A DNA stretch of 64,000 bases from Marsupella aquatica (lineage: Eukaryota; Plantae; Marchantiophyta). The DNA is taken from positions 1,240,001 to 1,304,000 of the forward strand of contig OZ316896.1 in NCBI GenBank assembly GCA_973895155.1. Reading direction: 5' to 3'. The position numbers and the translations under genes are program-made. Shown here in pieces: positions 1 through 12,997 of this stretch (positions within the stretch are counted from its first letter, which is position 1; every line of letters starts with the position of its first letter). The notes under the pieces are model-generated. The model saw only the letters and a program-made list of their open reading frames with translations. It did not search any database and had not been told where the DNA came from.

Positions 1-1807
1 CCAAGACTTGGATCCCCAGGTTGGTCCCCACTCCAAAATCCCTCTCTGGTAGTGGTCAGCCTTTGCCTATTGCTCTTACTGGGATGTTCACCCATGGAAG
101 AGATCCTGGAGTGTATGCACATTTCAGTTTAACTGGACTTTGGCTTGGAGATGCAGACTTTACCGTGACATCTTTGGCCAAATGCCTCCGAGATTTGGAA
201 GATTACACAGGAGACAAAACTGGAGACCTTCTTGAGGGATTGAATTAGAATGCAACTAGGCCAATATTTCAGTCCCTTCTAGACTTTGAAGCATTTCTGG
301 CCGGTTACTTGGAACCCAAAAATGTTTCAATTGTTTGATTTCAAGGCATTGAAGATGGTCAGGAGACTAAAAAGTCAAGCACAGTGGATGTTGGTTCTAA
401 GGATGATCCTGAGACTACTAGGGGCTCTTTCAAGCCCTTACCAAGGCACCTAATGTTGCAGATGGACAATTCAGGGAAAGATAACAAAAATCAATATGTG
501 ATGGCATTTTGCACTGAGCTTGTTAGCAGGGGGTGTTTGAAACTGTGCAAATGTCATTCCTCATGGTTGGCCACACCCATGAAGACGTGGATGCATTATT
601 TTCTCAAGTATCCAAACAGGTCAGATACAAAGAGGTTGCTACCCTCTTGGGGTTGATGGCTGAGGTTTGGGAGTGTGAAAGCATTCATCCTGTACCACGA
701 TTGATTCAAGAGGTTGCATCTTACAAGGAGTATTTGAAAACGTTCCAGGTGAAAGAGATAGAAGGTCACTCAAGACCAGTGGCATTTATTTTCTCCATGA
801 GGGATAATGTGCCAGTGTATCAATATAAAGCACATGTCAAGCAACCTTGGCTTCCGGCAATGGGGAGGTCCATTTGGAGAACTGATCCCATCACAAATGC
901 GCTCATTTTACCGGAAGGCCAACCATTTGCAAAACCTATATCTGGGGATGTACAAAAGAAGGCTGGAGAAATCATCCCATTCCTTAATCGCTATATTGAT
1001 TTCTTGAAGAAAAGTTGTAAGGATGAGACCTCTGCAGCATATAAAGAGAGATTTCCTCTAGTCAAATATTGGGAGAATCTTGTGCAAGCACTGTCCGAGG
1101 AACTTACAATAGAAGGGGAGGGGGAAAGACATTTGCCATTGACAACTGATTTTTGGCCAAAGACTAACCATGGCACAGGTTACAAGATGATTTTGGGGAC
1201 ATCTCAGCCGTCAAGTGAACCTTCTCAAAATCCAGAGATGATGGACCTTCAAAATGAGTACATGGAAGAGATGGAAGATCAAGCTGCACCCTTTGTTGGT
1301 GCACGACAAGAGCGAGAACCTGCACGTTGGATTCCTCTACAAGATATTCAAGAAGGTCACTTTGTATTTTTACGTCCAGAGGATGAATGAGAACAGGAAA
1401 ATGGCAAAGGGCGTTTCTGGTTGGTTCGAGCTTTGGGTGGTGTGGATCCAAACCATGAGGTTCCCTCAACAGATTTGCAACATATTGAAGGGTCTTCTTC
1501 AACGTCTGTTGAGAGCATTCCTCTTAGGAATGCTCCTATATTCCAAGTACAATGGTGGAGGCCTAAACATGGTAAGCATGATGCAAAGGATGATGTTCGA
1601 TATGAACGTTGCTTTCAAACCACTAAGACTTGGGAGCTGGATCCTGGGTTTGACAATGTTACTCAAAGTTGGCAGTTTGCAAATTCTGCAATGTATGGGT
1701 TTAAGTCAGGTGCTAAAGAACAAAATATTATGGATAGAGGTTTGACAATTCCTAAGAATGTTTTGAAAACTCTCAAAATTTACATGGAAGGTATAATTGA
1801 TGAGTAG
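1..1807 (+). pseudogene. Degenerate DDE transposase, Sola-like (DUF7869-type), N-terminus outside window
   Basis: Joined frames give LMLQMDNSGKDNKNQYVMAFCTELVSRG/VFETVQMSFLMVGHTHEDVDALFS, the D-N-x4-NKN ... GHTH-x-D-x-D motif pair I associate with Sola-type transposases. Disrupted by stops at 246-248, ~336-338 and 1388-1390 and a frameshift at ~532. Family name is from memory, not an HMM search. Confidence 0.7.
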
Positions 1808-2390
1808 ATTGATAGAACTCGTAGGTTACAAGTCTCCACTCAAATGACTTGTGATTAAGAGGGTCGAGTTGATTTCCATGCGTTGGTCTAAAGTGAGAGA
1901 ACAAGACAATCAAATTAATACTCTATGATCTCTCAAAGCTATTGAATGGACTTTCTTATAATTATTATTTTATTTGTCTTAGTATATTTTAATTCTAGAA
2001 AATGATGCCATTTCATTCCTTCTAGTAGGTTGGATATCATCCTAGTTAACTTTGTCTAGACACTATAGTCATTCCATTGTATTGGTGCTTAGTTAGATAT
2101 CTTACTCAAGCTAAATGTTTTGAATATAGCTATCCAAGCTTATATGTTATTACTAGATTCTATCTATTTTCCAACCAAATGAACACTTTTATCACCCAAA
2201 TGTTTTTTAATATCATCCAATTTAATATTTTACTTTCCCAAAATTTCATTTTTTTGTCCCCAAATTTACATTTAATGATGCTTGAATTTTCATTTTTCAT
2301 CTTCCAAATTTACAATTTTCATGCCTAAAACTATGTTTTTAAATCGCCAAATTTCTCTATATCCTTTATAATTTCAGTTTTAATGAATAT

Positions 2391-2997
2391 AGTGATTGGA
2401 GAGTTTCTCAAGACACCGTGCTACTTTGCAGGTTTTGCAGTTGTAGTGCAAGTAGAGTTATTTAGCAATGTGTGACTATTTGTATATGGATTACTCATTC
2501 TTGTTAGGCTACGGCTTAGTTCTAGTTAACCCTTAGTTAACCCTTGTGGTTTTTAGGGGGAGACCTGGTTTGGTGATTGTCTAGAACTTCCCGCTGAGGA
2601 TTCCATATGGTAGCATTTAGTCCAGTCCCCAAGACAAGAGTCAAGGGGGAGTTTGTTAGATATTGCTCTAGTCTTGTGACTCTTGTGCTAACCACAGTTA
2701 GGCTAACTCGGGTTAGGACCTAGCTAAGGTTAGCGGTAGTGCTGTTGTGCATAAAGCCAGGGCTGATGCCAGACCCTGGTGGAACTTAGGCTCATTGTTA
2801 AGGAGCTAGTTGAGAGATAGGGAGAGCTTGTGCTGTGGATGCTTGGTATGGCCGGTCGGCCTAGAGTGCAATAAAGCTCTTGTGTGTTCCCGTGGACGTA
2901 GCCTCATGTGGAGGTGAACCACGTATCTCTCTGTGTCGACTATTGTGCGTTGGATGGTTCATGGGCTTGCCATTGCGAATGTCGTCTATGCTCAACA
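2391..2997 (+). mobile_element. 5'-truncated Ty1/copia fragment (end of RNase H, 3' UTR, PPT, 3' LTR)
   Basis: Near-identical to the reverse complement of 18838-19449. PPT TCAAGGGGGAGTT at 2641-2653; LTR TGTTAG...CTCAACA at 2654-2997 (344 bp). Confidence 0.93.
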
Positions 2998-5900
2998 GTA
3001 TGGGAGACCACTACTTGAAGTACACTTATCGCATTTTGACTCTCCTCTGCCTGTCTGTTGCTTATGCTCACTTTAAAATTACACCATTTTTTCAAGTCTG
3101 TGTCAAGAGCTTTGCCTCAACTCCATTCTAGGTGGGGTTGGTGTGAAAAGGAGTGCCCTTGCACAAGAGTTTGAACAATCATGCTACCTTCCCAACTCCC
3201 ACTCAGACACTCCCAGACTGAGTGACGATAGCTTGCTTGGCAAATTAATGGTCTCATTCTTAAATTTTCTATTAAAACAAGTTCAATCCCAGTGCCTTGC
3301 ACAGAAGATGTTAGTGCATAAAAAATGTAGTTACATAAAAAAATTCGTTGCCTCTTTGCCATTGGGATCCTACATATCAAACCTAGTCATTTGTCAAAGA
3401 GGCCCTGGTGGGTCCTTTTTTTATGCTGATGTGTACATGGTTCTAGTTGAAAAACTTAGACCTCCTCTAGAGGTGGTCTTAAAAATTCAAGCAAGCAGCC
3501 GTTTAATTACCTAGTCCTGACACATTTTGGCTCAGGCATTTCAACTTTAGTATGTGGAACTAGCAGTCAGCTTTGATTTGGATGGTGGGACACCTTCTAA
3601 TAAAGCCCCCTTAGTGCATGATCATCACATCCACCTTGGACGAGGCCCTATCCAAGGCTACACATACTTCAATAACTGAGGGGCATGAATTGCCAAATGA
3701 TTAAAGCAGGAGAAGCCACATTATACAATATTACTTGTCAGCATCGATCCATGAGCTGATAAAACTATTATTGCATTGTAGGCCAAAAAGTCCAATCTGG
3801 TCTGTGATATTGTAGATTCGGCTGAGGACGTCCAGTGTGAAATCGTGGTCAGGACCTCAGTCTGCTTGCTGTTGCTTTAGCTATTCGAATCTCCCTTCAT
3901 CTCTCTCCATAAAATCTTTACTACTCATAGGTCGAACAGTTTTGTATGGAGAATTTAAATCTGGATACTGCCATCATGCCCACAATTGCTGATCCTATTT
4001 AGGATTCGTAGTTCAACAGTCATGAAACGGATAAAGTATTGGGGTTTGTATATGAAGTGTGCAGAACTGCAGAAGATCATGCCTACAGTTTACACATGTG
4101 CTCCCGATCCATGGGTCCCTCCATCCACACGAACTGCAAACTCTCTGACTTCGGAGGAGAGTGTCTGCGAAGGTCTCCCAAGATCAACTCGGACACCATG
4201 TCCTTGATTATAGACCGTCTACCTGCTTCACAGCAACATCATAATTCTGCGGGGAGCACTTTCAGCCGTTCTTGGACGCCTCCGAATCGTCGTTATGGAG
4301 AATTGCCAACGGGCTGTGATTAGCACAGACGCATATTCTATTGTCGGTCATTCCATGGATAGCCGCGAAATCCGAGGTAGAAATTGTGTGTAGTTGTGGA
4401 TCACTGAGAGCAGCAGCTGTTGGTAGAAATTTGGCCCTACCGCAAGACCGCAACGCACAACTTCCTCGTTTGACTTGGACGCGCTTGACCTTGCTACACC
4501 GAGTCCTCGCTTGTGCCACAGAAGTCCTCGAGATCGTCGTTTATTACGCAAATGGGCATTCATTTATTGCCATAAATTTCTGATGACGATCGTAAGAAAA
4601 TACTGGGCTACTGGCTCGTCTCCTTTATGAAAGTTCTCACAAGAGAATTTTGAAAATTGGATAAACAGTCCGCACACAAAAATTCACAACAAGAAAAAAC
4701 AATACTATTTGGCCTGAATGGAATATTTTGTTTTCTGGGAGGCACTGGGCAGTTTGCAAAAGAGACGCAATACTGCCTCAGAAAAGCATGAACAAGAACC
4801 CCAAACCATAGGCAAGGGAGATCCCAAAATGCTCGTTGTTTGCCCCTAGAAGTCAAGCTTTATAATTCTAGATAGGTGTCCTCTTAGTTACTTAAAATGT
4901 TTGGGTAGATCCCATGGAAGCATGAGAATCCTATCCCAACAAAAATTTTGAGATGGAGATCCCATCCTAGCTATCATTGCTTCAATCTAGGGTATGTGGG
5001 CCAAACCATAAAACTACATCCCTCCCCCCTCCCCCGCCCCCTCTCAATAAACTGAGTTTCTACTAGTACATTGCCATCCAGTGTGACTCTATAGTTTAAT
5101 TACCAGAGGTTTCTAAGGAGAAAAAGAATTTTGGACAAAATTTGACACTTTCCTGGCGCCTTCTACCGATGGTCCCCAGATTCAACGATATTCCTTATAT
5201 CTAGGAAGACCTAGGATATCGACGAGATGATTGTATCCAACACTTAGTTTTTTCCCATTGTCATAAATGAATTCAGTAGCCACCTTACCCTACTTGGTCC
5301 CACACTTCGAAAAACGCTGCCCCTGGGTTACCTTCCTCATCAGGTATATACAAATGTAAATAGATCAGTGCAACGATGGTGAGGTGCTTTTTGCAAGACG
5401 AGGGTGCCTCCTTCCTTTCCCAGTTCCCACCCTACCACACTCACACAGACCTTCCTTTTCGCTCGTCAATCAGTGAGAATAGATTGCAGAAGCCAATATG
5501 AGCACAGTCTAACAATATGAGCATGGACTCATGGCGGCATGGCCCCAGTGAGAGAGATCAGCCTTATCAGTGACAGCACCTTTCTCAGTCCTACAATTCA
5601 GTACTCCAGTAGCTGCCGGCGCTGTCGCTTTGGAGCGAAAGGGGATACGATACAGGTTTGTTCTCTCTTTTCCATAATAATCATGGTGGTGCAGTCAGCT
5701 GCTCCACTGGCAACCTGGATGGTGTCCAACCCAACGTGGGGCCATGCTCTTGCTCTCGTAGCTCTCCCAGATTCTTACAGCGCCTGGAAAGGCTGAGGTA
5801 CTCCAAATACGTCGTCCAAATTAACCACATAGAGGTCGTAAATTGGTGATTGGAGTCCTCGCTTTGGAATCTCAAGATTGCAGTACGGTCGTCGTTCGGT

Positions 5901-7663
5901 GCATGTGAGTGGTATACTATAATTTTGGGGCTCGAGAGGATGGTATTGGCCGCTTCGCCGGAGATCGGTACAGGAGCATGGGGACCTCCCTGCTGCTACT
6001 TTAGTGCCTTTTGCTCGTAACGAATTAAATTGTCCCCATGTGGTGGACCTTAGGCAGTGGACCAGCTGGACCCGAGCTGCAGCACGAAGGGAGGTCCTCA
6101 ATTCCCCTTCTCAGGAATCCCACTGTTCATCTTCACACATACGACGCATTATTTACTGACAGTGGTGGACGGGACCATCACTCCCATGCCGTGCCTTTTT
6201 TAATGGCTAATTTAGTGAATTTCTCACTCAAGATCTGTGCAGAATACGCAATGCAAGAATATTAAGCCCGGAATGACGGATGGTTTGTTATGCCCCTCTG
6301 GACTTCCTAAAATCATCAGTCAATTTACACCCAGAAAAAAACCTTATAATTGCTATTGGACTGACGGTTCATTTTTGCTAAGATTTTTCCTGCTGCCCCC
6401 GCCAATTGTTAAACTGGTGATTTTTGACAGACTTGTGCATTTATTTGGAAAACTTTTGGATGTTTGCCTAAATCAAGGGTTTTTCCCACATGGTCACTGA
6501 TGGCCTCACAAAGTCTGAGAATTATCTAAGATCATTTGCTTCATTTTTGGTGTGCGGAAAAAATTGTCAAATGTTGTAAAGTAAATGCCAACTGATGCTT
6601 CAAATGATGTGACGGACGGTCTAAGTAGTTCATGCATGAGAAATTTCAGTTTTGTGAAGGACTCCCCAGTAGTTTGGGCATGAGGAGAGAGTTCCCACCA
6701 GGTGATCTAAAGAAAAGTGAGTTCAAATGGTCTGGAGCCTCTTTACAAGTCAGATTTCAGTCAGGATCATAAAAGGTGCTCCCGGAGTCTATTTAGACAT
6801 TGTGCGCCAGTCCATCCAAGCTTTGCAAAATCCATCCAGGCTTCACCTCAAACTTCCTGGTCCGTCCAGGATTATTTTTTGCAATGCCAGGATGACCGAG
6901 CTTGTGAACCCTACAACCCCATGGACCCTGACACTCTTGACACTCTTATTGACTAACATTCTCCTCTTCCAAAAATTTGTGACCATCAACTTCTCACTGT
7001 CTTGATATGCAGCCAAATCTGCTGTTCTCGGGCTCCTAAGGAGAGGGGTGGAAAGATCTTTCTTGGGATCGTTCTTACATGCCTAATACAGCCAGATTTC
7101 AGTAAGATTTGGGAGAGCTATTTCCAAAAACTACACCCTCAATCATTCTACACTACTCACTCTTCCCAAGCGGTTTTAAGAAAAGTTATCTTCAATTATT
7201 CCTTCAATATGTACCCAAATTTTCTTTTCTTGGGCTCATTAGAAGCAGCTTGGAAAGATCTTTCTACCAAGCCTCATACTGTCAACTTTCATCAAGAGTT
7301 GAGAGACCTACAAGTTTTCCCCCAATGTTTAATTTGTGTTGTGGCTATTTCTGCTGGCCCCAACCTGGCCGAGTTGTGGCTGAGCGGATGTGGGTTTCAT
7401 GCCCGACATTATTACCTCTGACATGGCCCTTGCACCGGTTGGTTCCATTTCCCTTGGTTTGAAGTGGGTTTTCCCCACTGGACTTGCACAATTGCTTTGC
7501 TTGGGCAGTTTCCTATGTTTATCTAAAATGAAGTCCATTATTGAATTTATTTCCAGGAAGTTTTATTGCTGGCAAATTCAATAAAGAAGTCATTCGTGTT
7601 GAGGAAGTTTCCTTTGGGGATTGCTTAGACATTTCTATATCAGAGTGCATTGATTCGTCACTT

Positions 7664-7914
7664 CGCCTGCCACACCCCTAAGAAAAACTCCTTCCACAAA
7701 TATTTGTTTATGCTTTATTACAAAAGAAGGATGGGTCCACTTTGTGAGCCAGACCATCCGTCCAAAGGACCACCCTAAATTTTGATGTAATCAATTCACC
7801 TGCCTCACCCCTAAGAAAATTAGCTTCCAAAAATATTTGTCTATGATTTATAAAAAAAAAGGGTAGGTCCACTTTGTGGACCACACCATCTTTGGACCAC
7901 CCTCAATTTCGATG
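7664..7914. repeat. Diverged ~133-bp tandem duplication
   Basis: Two copies of CCTGCC.CACCCCTAAGAAAA...AAATATTTGT.TATG...GGTCCACTTTGTG...GGACCACCCT.AATTT.GATG. The GGTCCACTTTGTG motif is the reverse complement of CACAAAGTGGACC at ~8133. Confidence 0.8.
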
Positions 7915-8121
7915 CTACTACATGGCGAATTCACCTTTCAGTATTTTGTTTTATTGATTTTTTTATTCTGTATTTTTCTTTCAAGGGTGCATCATTTGTA
8001 TTTTTTAGATTTTGAATTTACTTTTGCACCCCTCTTACTGTTCTTAATCTTTGCTCTCTCAAAGCTCTTATTTCCCACTAAGGTTAGATTTCAATTTTGT
8101 GCATCCTTGAAATGACCGAAA

Positions 8122-10092
8122 GGGACTGGATGCACAAAGTGGACCCCCTACCAGTAAAACTTTACTTGATCAGTTCCTAAGAAAGTTTTTTGCCCTGATC
8201 AACCCCCTCTTAATAAGACGTACACTCAATTCTTGTGTAAGGCAAAAGTGCACAAGTTCCTACTGTGACTACCTTACCTTGTCACCACAACAGTTGCCTC
8301 GTGTGTTTTGACTCCGTGTCTCTGTGTATGCAGCTGGGCCGCATTTTCCTACTGTTGTAAGTCTGACTAGCTCAATTTCCTGGTTAGGATTTAACTTTAG
8401 ACATTAATGTGGATATATCTTCAAATAGTTTAGGGTTTTGATAAGTTGGGACGCAATGCATTGTGGAGCACCGGTGTCTCTGTTTCTTGTGGGTTCTAGG
8501 CAGGAGTGTTGTTCTCTTGTGGGTTTAGGCAAGCATGATCATTTATTGGGTTTGGGCAAAGGTGATGACAATTTTAAGCACGCACAAAATCAGTAGGCTT
8601 TAGGCTTGAAGCAAAGCTTTACCCCGAGTATAAACTAGTAAAGCTATGTGGGAAGGCTCTTTTCTGATATTAATGTTTATGTTTAGGTGAGCCTTGTGTC
8701 CCTTATGCCTTTTGAGATATGTCATCTTAGTCCCAGAAATGTAAAAGTGTGTATTATTAACAATAACCATCAATGCTATCACTGGGCCACAATAACCAGA
8801 AGGGAGTAAGGGGGTTTAGGGTTTCAAGTTTATGGTTTGGAATCAAATGAATTGAGTATAATTAAATCGGTGGTGTTTATTGCCATAATCATGTCATTAA
8901 CTTTAAATATTTCTTATCATGATTCAATATTGCTTATTTAATATGAATGCAACAAGAACCAGGGCTATCAACTACTAATTAACAAAATCCAATGAAAGGG
9001 AAAACACCAAAGAGTAATTAAGACATGTCCCAATAAAAAGCTCATTTCAGTTGATATGAAGGTGTATTGTACTAGTGTCTCCATGTAAAGTAATGCATGA
9101 CTAATTCTACTTTTTTTCATTTTATCCAAAGCTCAAAGACCACCCATACCCAAATCTTGCATTACAAATCCACCTGTTGAAATGTTTATGGGGTACATTC
9201 TCTGTCATTAAATGCAAATTGCATACATAAAACCCTTCAGTTTGGAGGTAGTCATAAGGTTTGGGAAGACCCTAGGCTCCACTTCATTCACCAATTTAGG
9301 CCCCACTAATTGACAACCAGGTAGGAACAGTAAATTGCAAGCAAAACACAAGGATTTATGGGTTTAGGGTTTAGACATACACATCGTCTTCAATTGGGTG
9401 TTTTTCAGGGAGAGTAATTTTTGCTCACCCATGTTGTGCTTGTGAGGATGAATGGCCGAGACTGGTGGTTTCCAAAAGACATTGTGGAGATCGTCTTCAG
9501 ATATAACACTTAGCATTTTTTCAGCGAGAGTACTTTTTGCTAACCCATGCCGTGCGGGTGGGGGGTAAATGGTCAACACTGGTGGTTTTTGAATACATTG
9601 TGGACAGTATTTTCAGATGACACTTACCCTTTTTTCCAGCACGAGTAGCTTTTGCTCACCCATGCCATATGGGCAGGCTGGGGGTGATGGCTGACATTGG
9701 TGGGTTTGGAAGATATTGTGGACATTGTCTTCAGGTCACAGTTAACATTTTTTACAAAAAGAGTAGTTTTTGCAAAAGGGGGCTTAAAAAAGATCTGTTG
9801 GGAGGAAATTGCCAAAACAAGGAATGAGGCACCTGTCCCAAGAACAACAGCGATGACCAGCCCCCATTCAACGCCTGTAGTTTGACCTTTGTGCAGTCAC
9901 ATCAAAACTGGGCAAAGCTCATAGTCGGGGCCTGTCGTCACTATTGACCAAGTGTGGATGTGGTAATTATGTCCAAATCTTGATTTAGGAAAACATATGT
10001 ATGGCTCATTAAGAGGGGGTTGATGAGGGAAAAGAAGCAGCTAGGAGGCTGATCAAGCAACATTTTTGGTTTGGGGTCCACCAACATGTCCC
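8122..10092. mobile_element. Non-autonomous Mutator-like element with long diverged TIRs
   Basis: 8139-8216 (GTGGACCCC...CTTGATCAG...CCCTGATCAACCCCCTCTTAAT) is inverted at 10006-10082 (ATTAAGAGGGGGTTGATGAGGG...CTGATCAAG...GGGGTCCAC). Most of the interior recurs at 43728-45174. No TSD found, so ends are approximate. Confidence 0.55.
9410..9780. repeat. Internal ~115-bp tandem repeat, about 3 copies
   Basis: Recurring GAGTA.TTTTTGCT.ACCCATG...CTGGTGGTTT...ACATTGTGGA...TTCAGAT..CACTTA units. Confidence 0.75.
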
Positions 10093-11685
10093 TCCCTTCT
10101 CATTTAGTTTATTAAGTTTATGATTTTGATTGATTTGGGTGCCCCTACCAAAGGCAAGTGAGTATCTATAACTCGTATGCATATATTATAAGTACCTTTG
10201 TACCATCTTGAACTTTTCTTGGTCATTGAAGCAAGAGAGGATCTGTAACTCTTGTACCTTTGTACAATAGGCTTTTGCTTTTCCTAGACTTCTACTTTTC
10301 CTCTTCCTAATGGTTGGATGTGCTGGACTTTTACTCCTCTATCGCCTTCAATCTTAACAGCTACTATGCAATAGCCAAAAAGAAATTAGATTTACACATC
10401 ATTAAATGAAATTAGATTTACACATCATTACAAGACCAAATGTTACAGAAACTAAAAGTAACCCAAATGGATTGCTTCCTTGTCTCTAGCTATCTTCATG
10501 GAGTGTGACAAGAAACACCATTTTACACATAATCATGACACAACCCAATTGCAAATGGATGGTAAATTCTCTCATTAATTGTGTACTTACATTTCTGTCC
10601 CGGTAAGAACATTATGTGCACCTAACAATCAAATTGAGAAATGTGGATGGAATAGACTGAAGGTGCACATCACCTAAAAGTCAACTTGAGAATGTGGATG
10701 GAATAGACTCAAGGTGCACATTGAAAATCTCCCATAGCTCCGCAGCGACAAAGTACTCCAAACCCTCCATGTAACAAGAGCAACACCTTGTATGAAAAAC
10801 ATGAATTTTGATAGCTCCGTAGCGGAAAAATTACTGGAAGCGCTCTCTATAACAAAAGAAATACAATCTAAAAAGTAGGATTCATCTACAATGTTTATGT
10901 AAAGTAAAATTTCCTCTAGCTTTGCAACGTACAGAAGAATTAACACAATATTGGTAACAAGAGCTATGCTCTGTGGAAAACAAAATTCCACAACAACGAT
11001 TCCAGAGCTCGTATAGTCATCTGCAATGTATCAATGCCCAAAAACATCAAGGAAGTGTGTAGAAAAATTGCAATACCTTTGTGGAAATTAAACTTATTTG
11101 GGCTTTAGATTGCCCCTACAGTAGCTTTCTTGGTTGGGGGGGGAGTTGGGTTAGGTTTATTATAAACATAAAAATATTTTCAAGGAAATTGAGTTCATTG
11201 TTTTGGATTCTGAGCATTGAACAAAGTACTTGAGGTGCTATGAGTAAACTTGGAGCACTCAATTTACTCAAAGTTTCATCAACCATAAAGGTTAGATAAG
11301 ATATTTAAGGACCTGAAAAAAATGGTTAGTAAGTTCCCCGGGAAGTTCTGGACAAAAACGGTATTGGGAGCCAAGGTACCTTTTGGATAGAAATAATGAC
11401 AAAGGTACAAGGAAAGTATTTGGACAGAAGTGATGATTTACAATGCACTTTATGGACAGAAAAGTGAACACTAGTATCCATGCATAGTTTTAGATTTTGC
11501 CCATCCATCCAAGTTTCATTTATCTAAGGGGGTTTTAGCCCCGTCCATCCAATTCTCATTTATCCATGGGGTTTCATGGACAACCTATCTGTCCATTTGG
11601 GCTTTAAGTTCCATGTTACAAGATGAGCATGGTATATCGTATGCCTGTCACAAAGGACATTTAATTTTTACTAGTTTAGTATGAT

Positions 11686-12997
11686 TACCGATGTGTGCCG
11701 TCAATGCTGGACTCGGAGGCAGCAAAGGCAGTTAGATACTGGCAGCGGTACAGGTTACTTCAAGTACAACTTTCTAAAATTATTGATGAATTATACCATG
11801 ACATATTAATATTTTTCATAGAAGCGTATGCTTAATTTTGAAGAATTCAGAATGGAAACCGATATGTGCCGTGAAGCTAGACCCAAGGCAGCAAGGGCCA
11901 TCACATCCTGGTTATTTCACGGAGAACCCTCTATAAAATTGATTCATGAACTATGTTGAATTATGATGTATTCCTTCATGACGATACAATCAGGACTCAT
12001 ATCATGCACACCTAGTCGACACAATCCATACGTGGTTCATCTTTTCTTCAAGGCTACGTCCACACAAACATTCCAATTTTACTTCAGAATAGTTGAACAC
12101 ACAAGCTCTCTCTCTTCCTCAAGTTGCTTCGTTACAATGAGCAAGCACCACTTACCATCAGCTTACACTAGCCCTAGCTGGTATATGCAAGGTCACACAT
12201 GACTAACCTAACCTCAGCTAAGTTACTAACTGAGGTTAACCTAATTATCGTAACTTTTGAGTCACAAAACTAAAAACAATCCTTAACAAACTATATCATG
12301 ACGTAATAATCTTTGAATCACAAAACTAAGAACAATCTTTAACAAACTATATCATGACGTAATATTTTTTTCATATGCTTATAGAAAAAATACATAATTT
12401 TGAGTTCAAATTGGAAAGCAATGTGTGCCATCGATGTTGGACCCTGAGGCAAAAAGGGCCATTAGATCCTAATTATTTCAAGGACAACGTTCTACATTAT
12501 TCATGAACCATGACGTGATATTTTTCATATGCTTAAAGAACAGGACGTAAGTTTGATGAGTTGAGTACGGGAACCGATTTGTGCCGTCGATGTTGGATTC
12601 AGAGGCAGAAAGGGCCGTTAGATCCTGGTTATTTCAAGGACAACCTCCTACAATTATTGATGAACTATACCATGGCGTACTATTTTCCCTACGCTTATAG
12701 AACAGGACGTGTAAATTTTCATGAGTTCAAAATGGAAACCAATCCGTGCCGTCGATGCTGGCCCCAGAGGCGGCAAGGGCCCATAGATCCTGATTATTTC
12801 AAGGACAACCTTCCACAATTATTGATGAACTACACCATGACGTAAATAATAGCTTATAGAAAAAAAGGACGCGCAATTTCGATGAGTTCAGAATGAAATC
12901 CAATGCGTGCCGTCGATGCTGGCCCCAGAGGCATCAAGGGCCCTTAGATCCTGATTATTCAACGGGCAAGCTTCCATGATTTTTCACGAATTATATC
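11686..12997. repeat. Tandem array of a ~160-bp unit, 6 copies, interrupted by a solo LTR
   Basis: Unit GAAACCGAT.TGTGCCGTCGATGCTGG.CCCAGAGGC..CAAGGGCC.TTAGATCCTG.TTATTTCAAGGACAAC... starts near 11686, 11855, 12414, 12571, 12735 and 12895. Confidence 0.92.
11954..12288 (-). mobile_element. Solo LTR (335 bp) distantly related to the copia LTRs of this window
   Basis: TGTTG...TAACA ends with a perfect 5-bp TSD AACTA (11949-11953, 12289-12293). Shares ATACGTGGTTCA, AGGCTACGTCCAC and ACAATGAGC blocks with 18838-19181. Confidence 0.88.

Noticed and set aside
5340-5460. SWIM zinc-finger-like CECG...CKKH on the minus strand
   Set aside because: It needs a frameshift and has no supporting MULE motifs nearby.
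6760-6900. Myb/SANT-like WTDQEV...WTGAQCLNRL on the minus strand
   Set aside because: Too short and interrupted by stops to call by eye.
8812-9374. Interstitial telomere repeats
   Set aside because: Only about two TTTAGGG units at each site, inside a transposon; these are telo-box-sized, not an array.
11686-12997. CRISPR-like array, and ORF 12561-12845
   Set aside because: Whole units are homologous with no unique spacers, no cas genes are present and the context is eukaryotic. The ORF is a by-product of the repeat.
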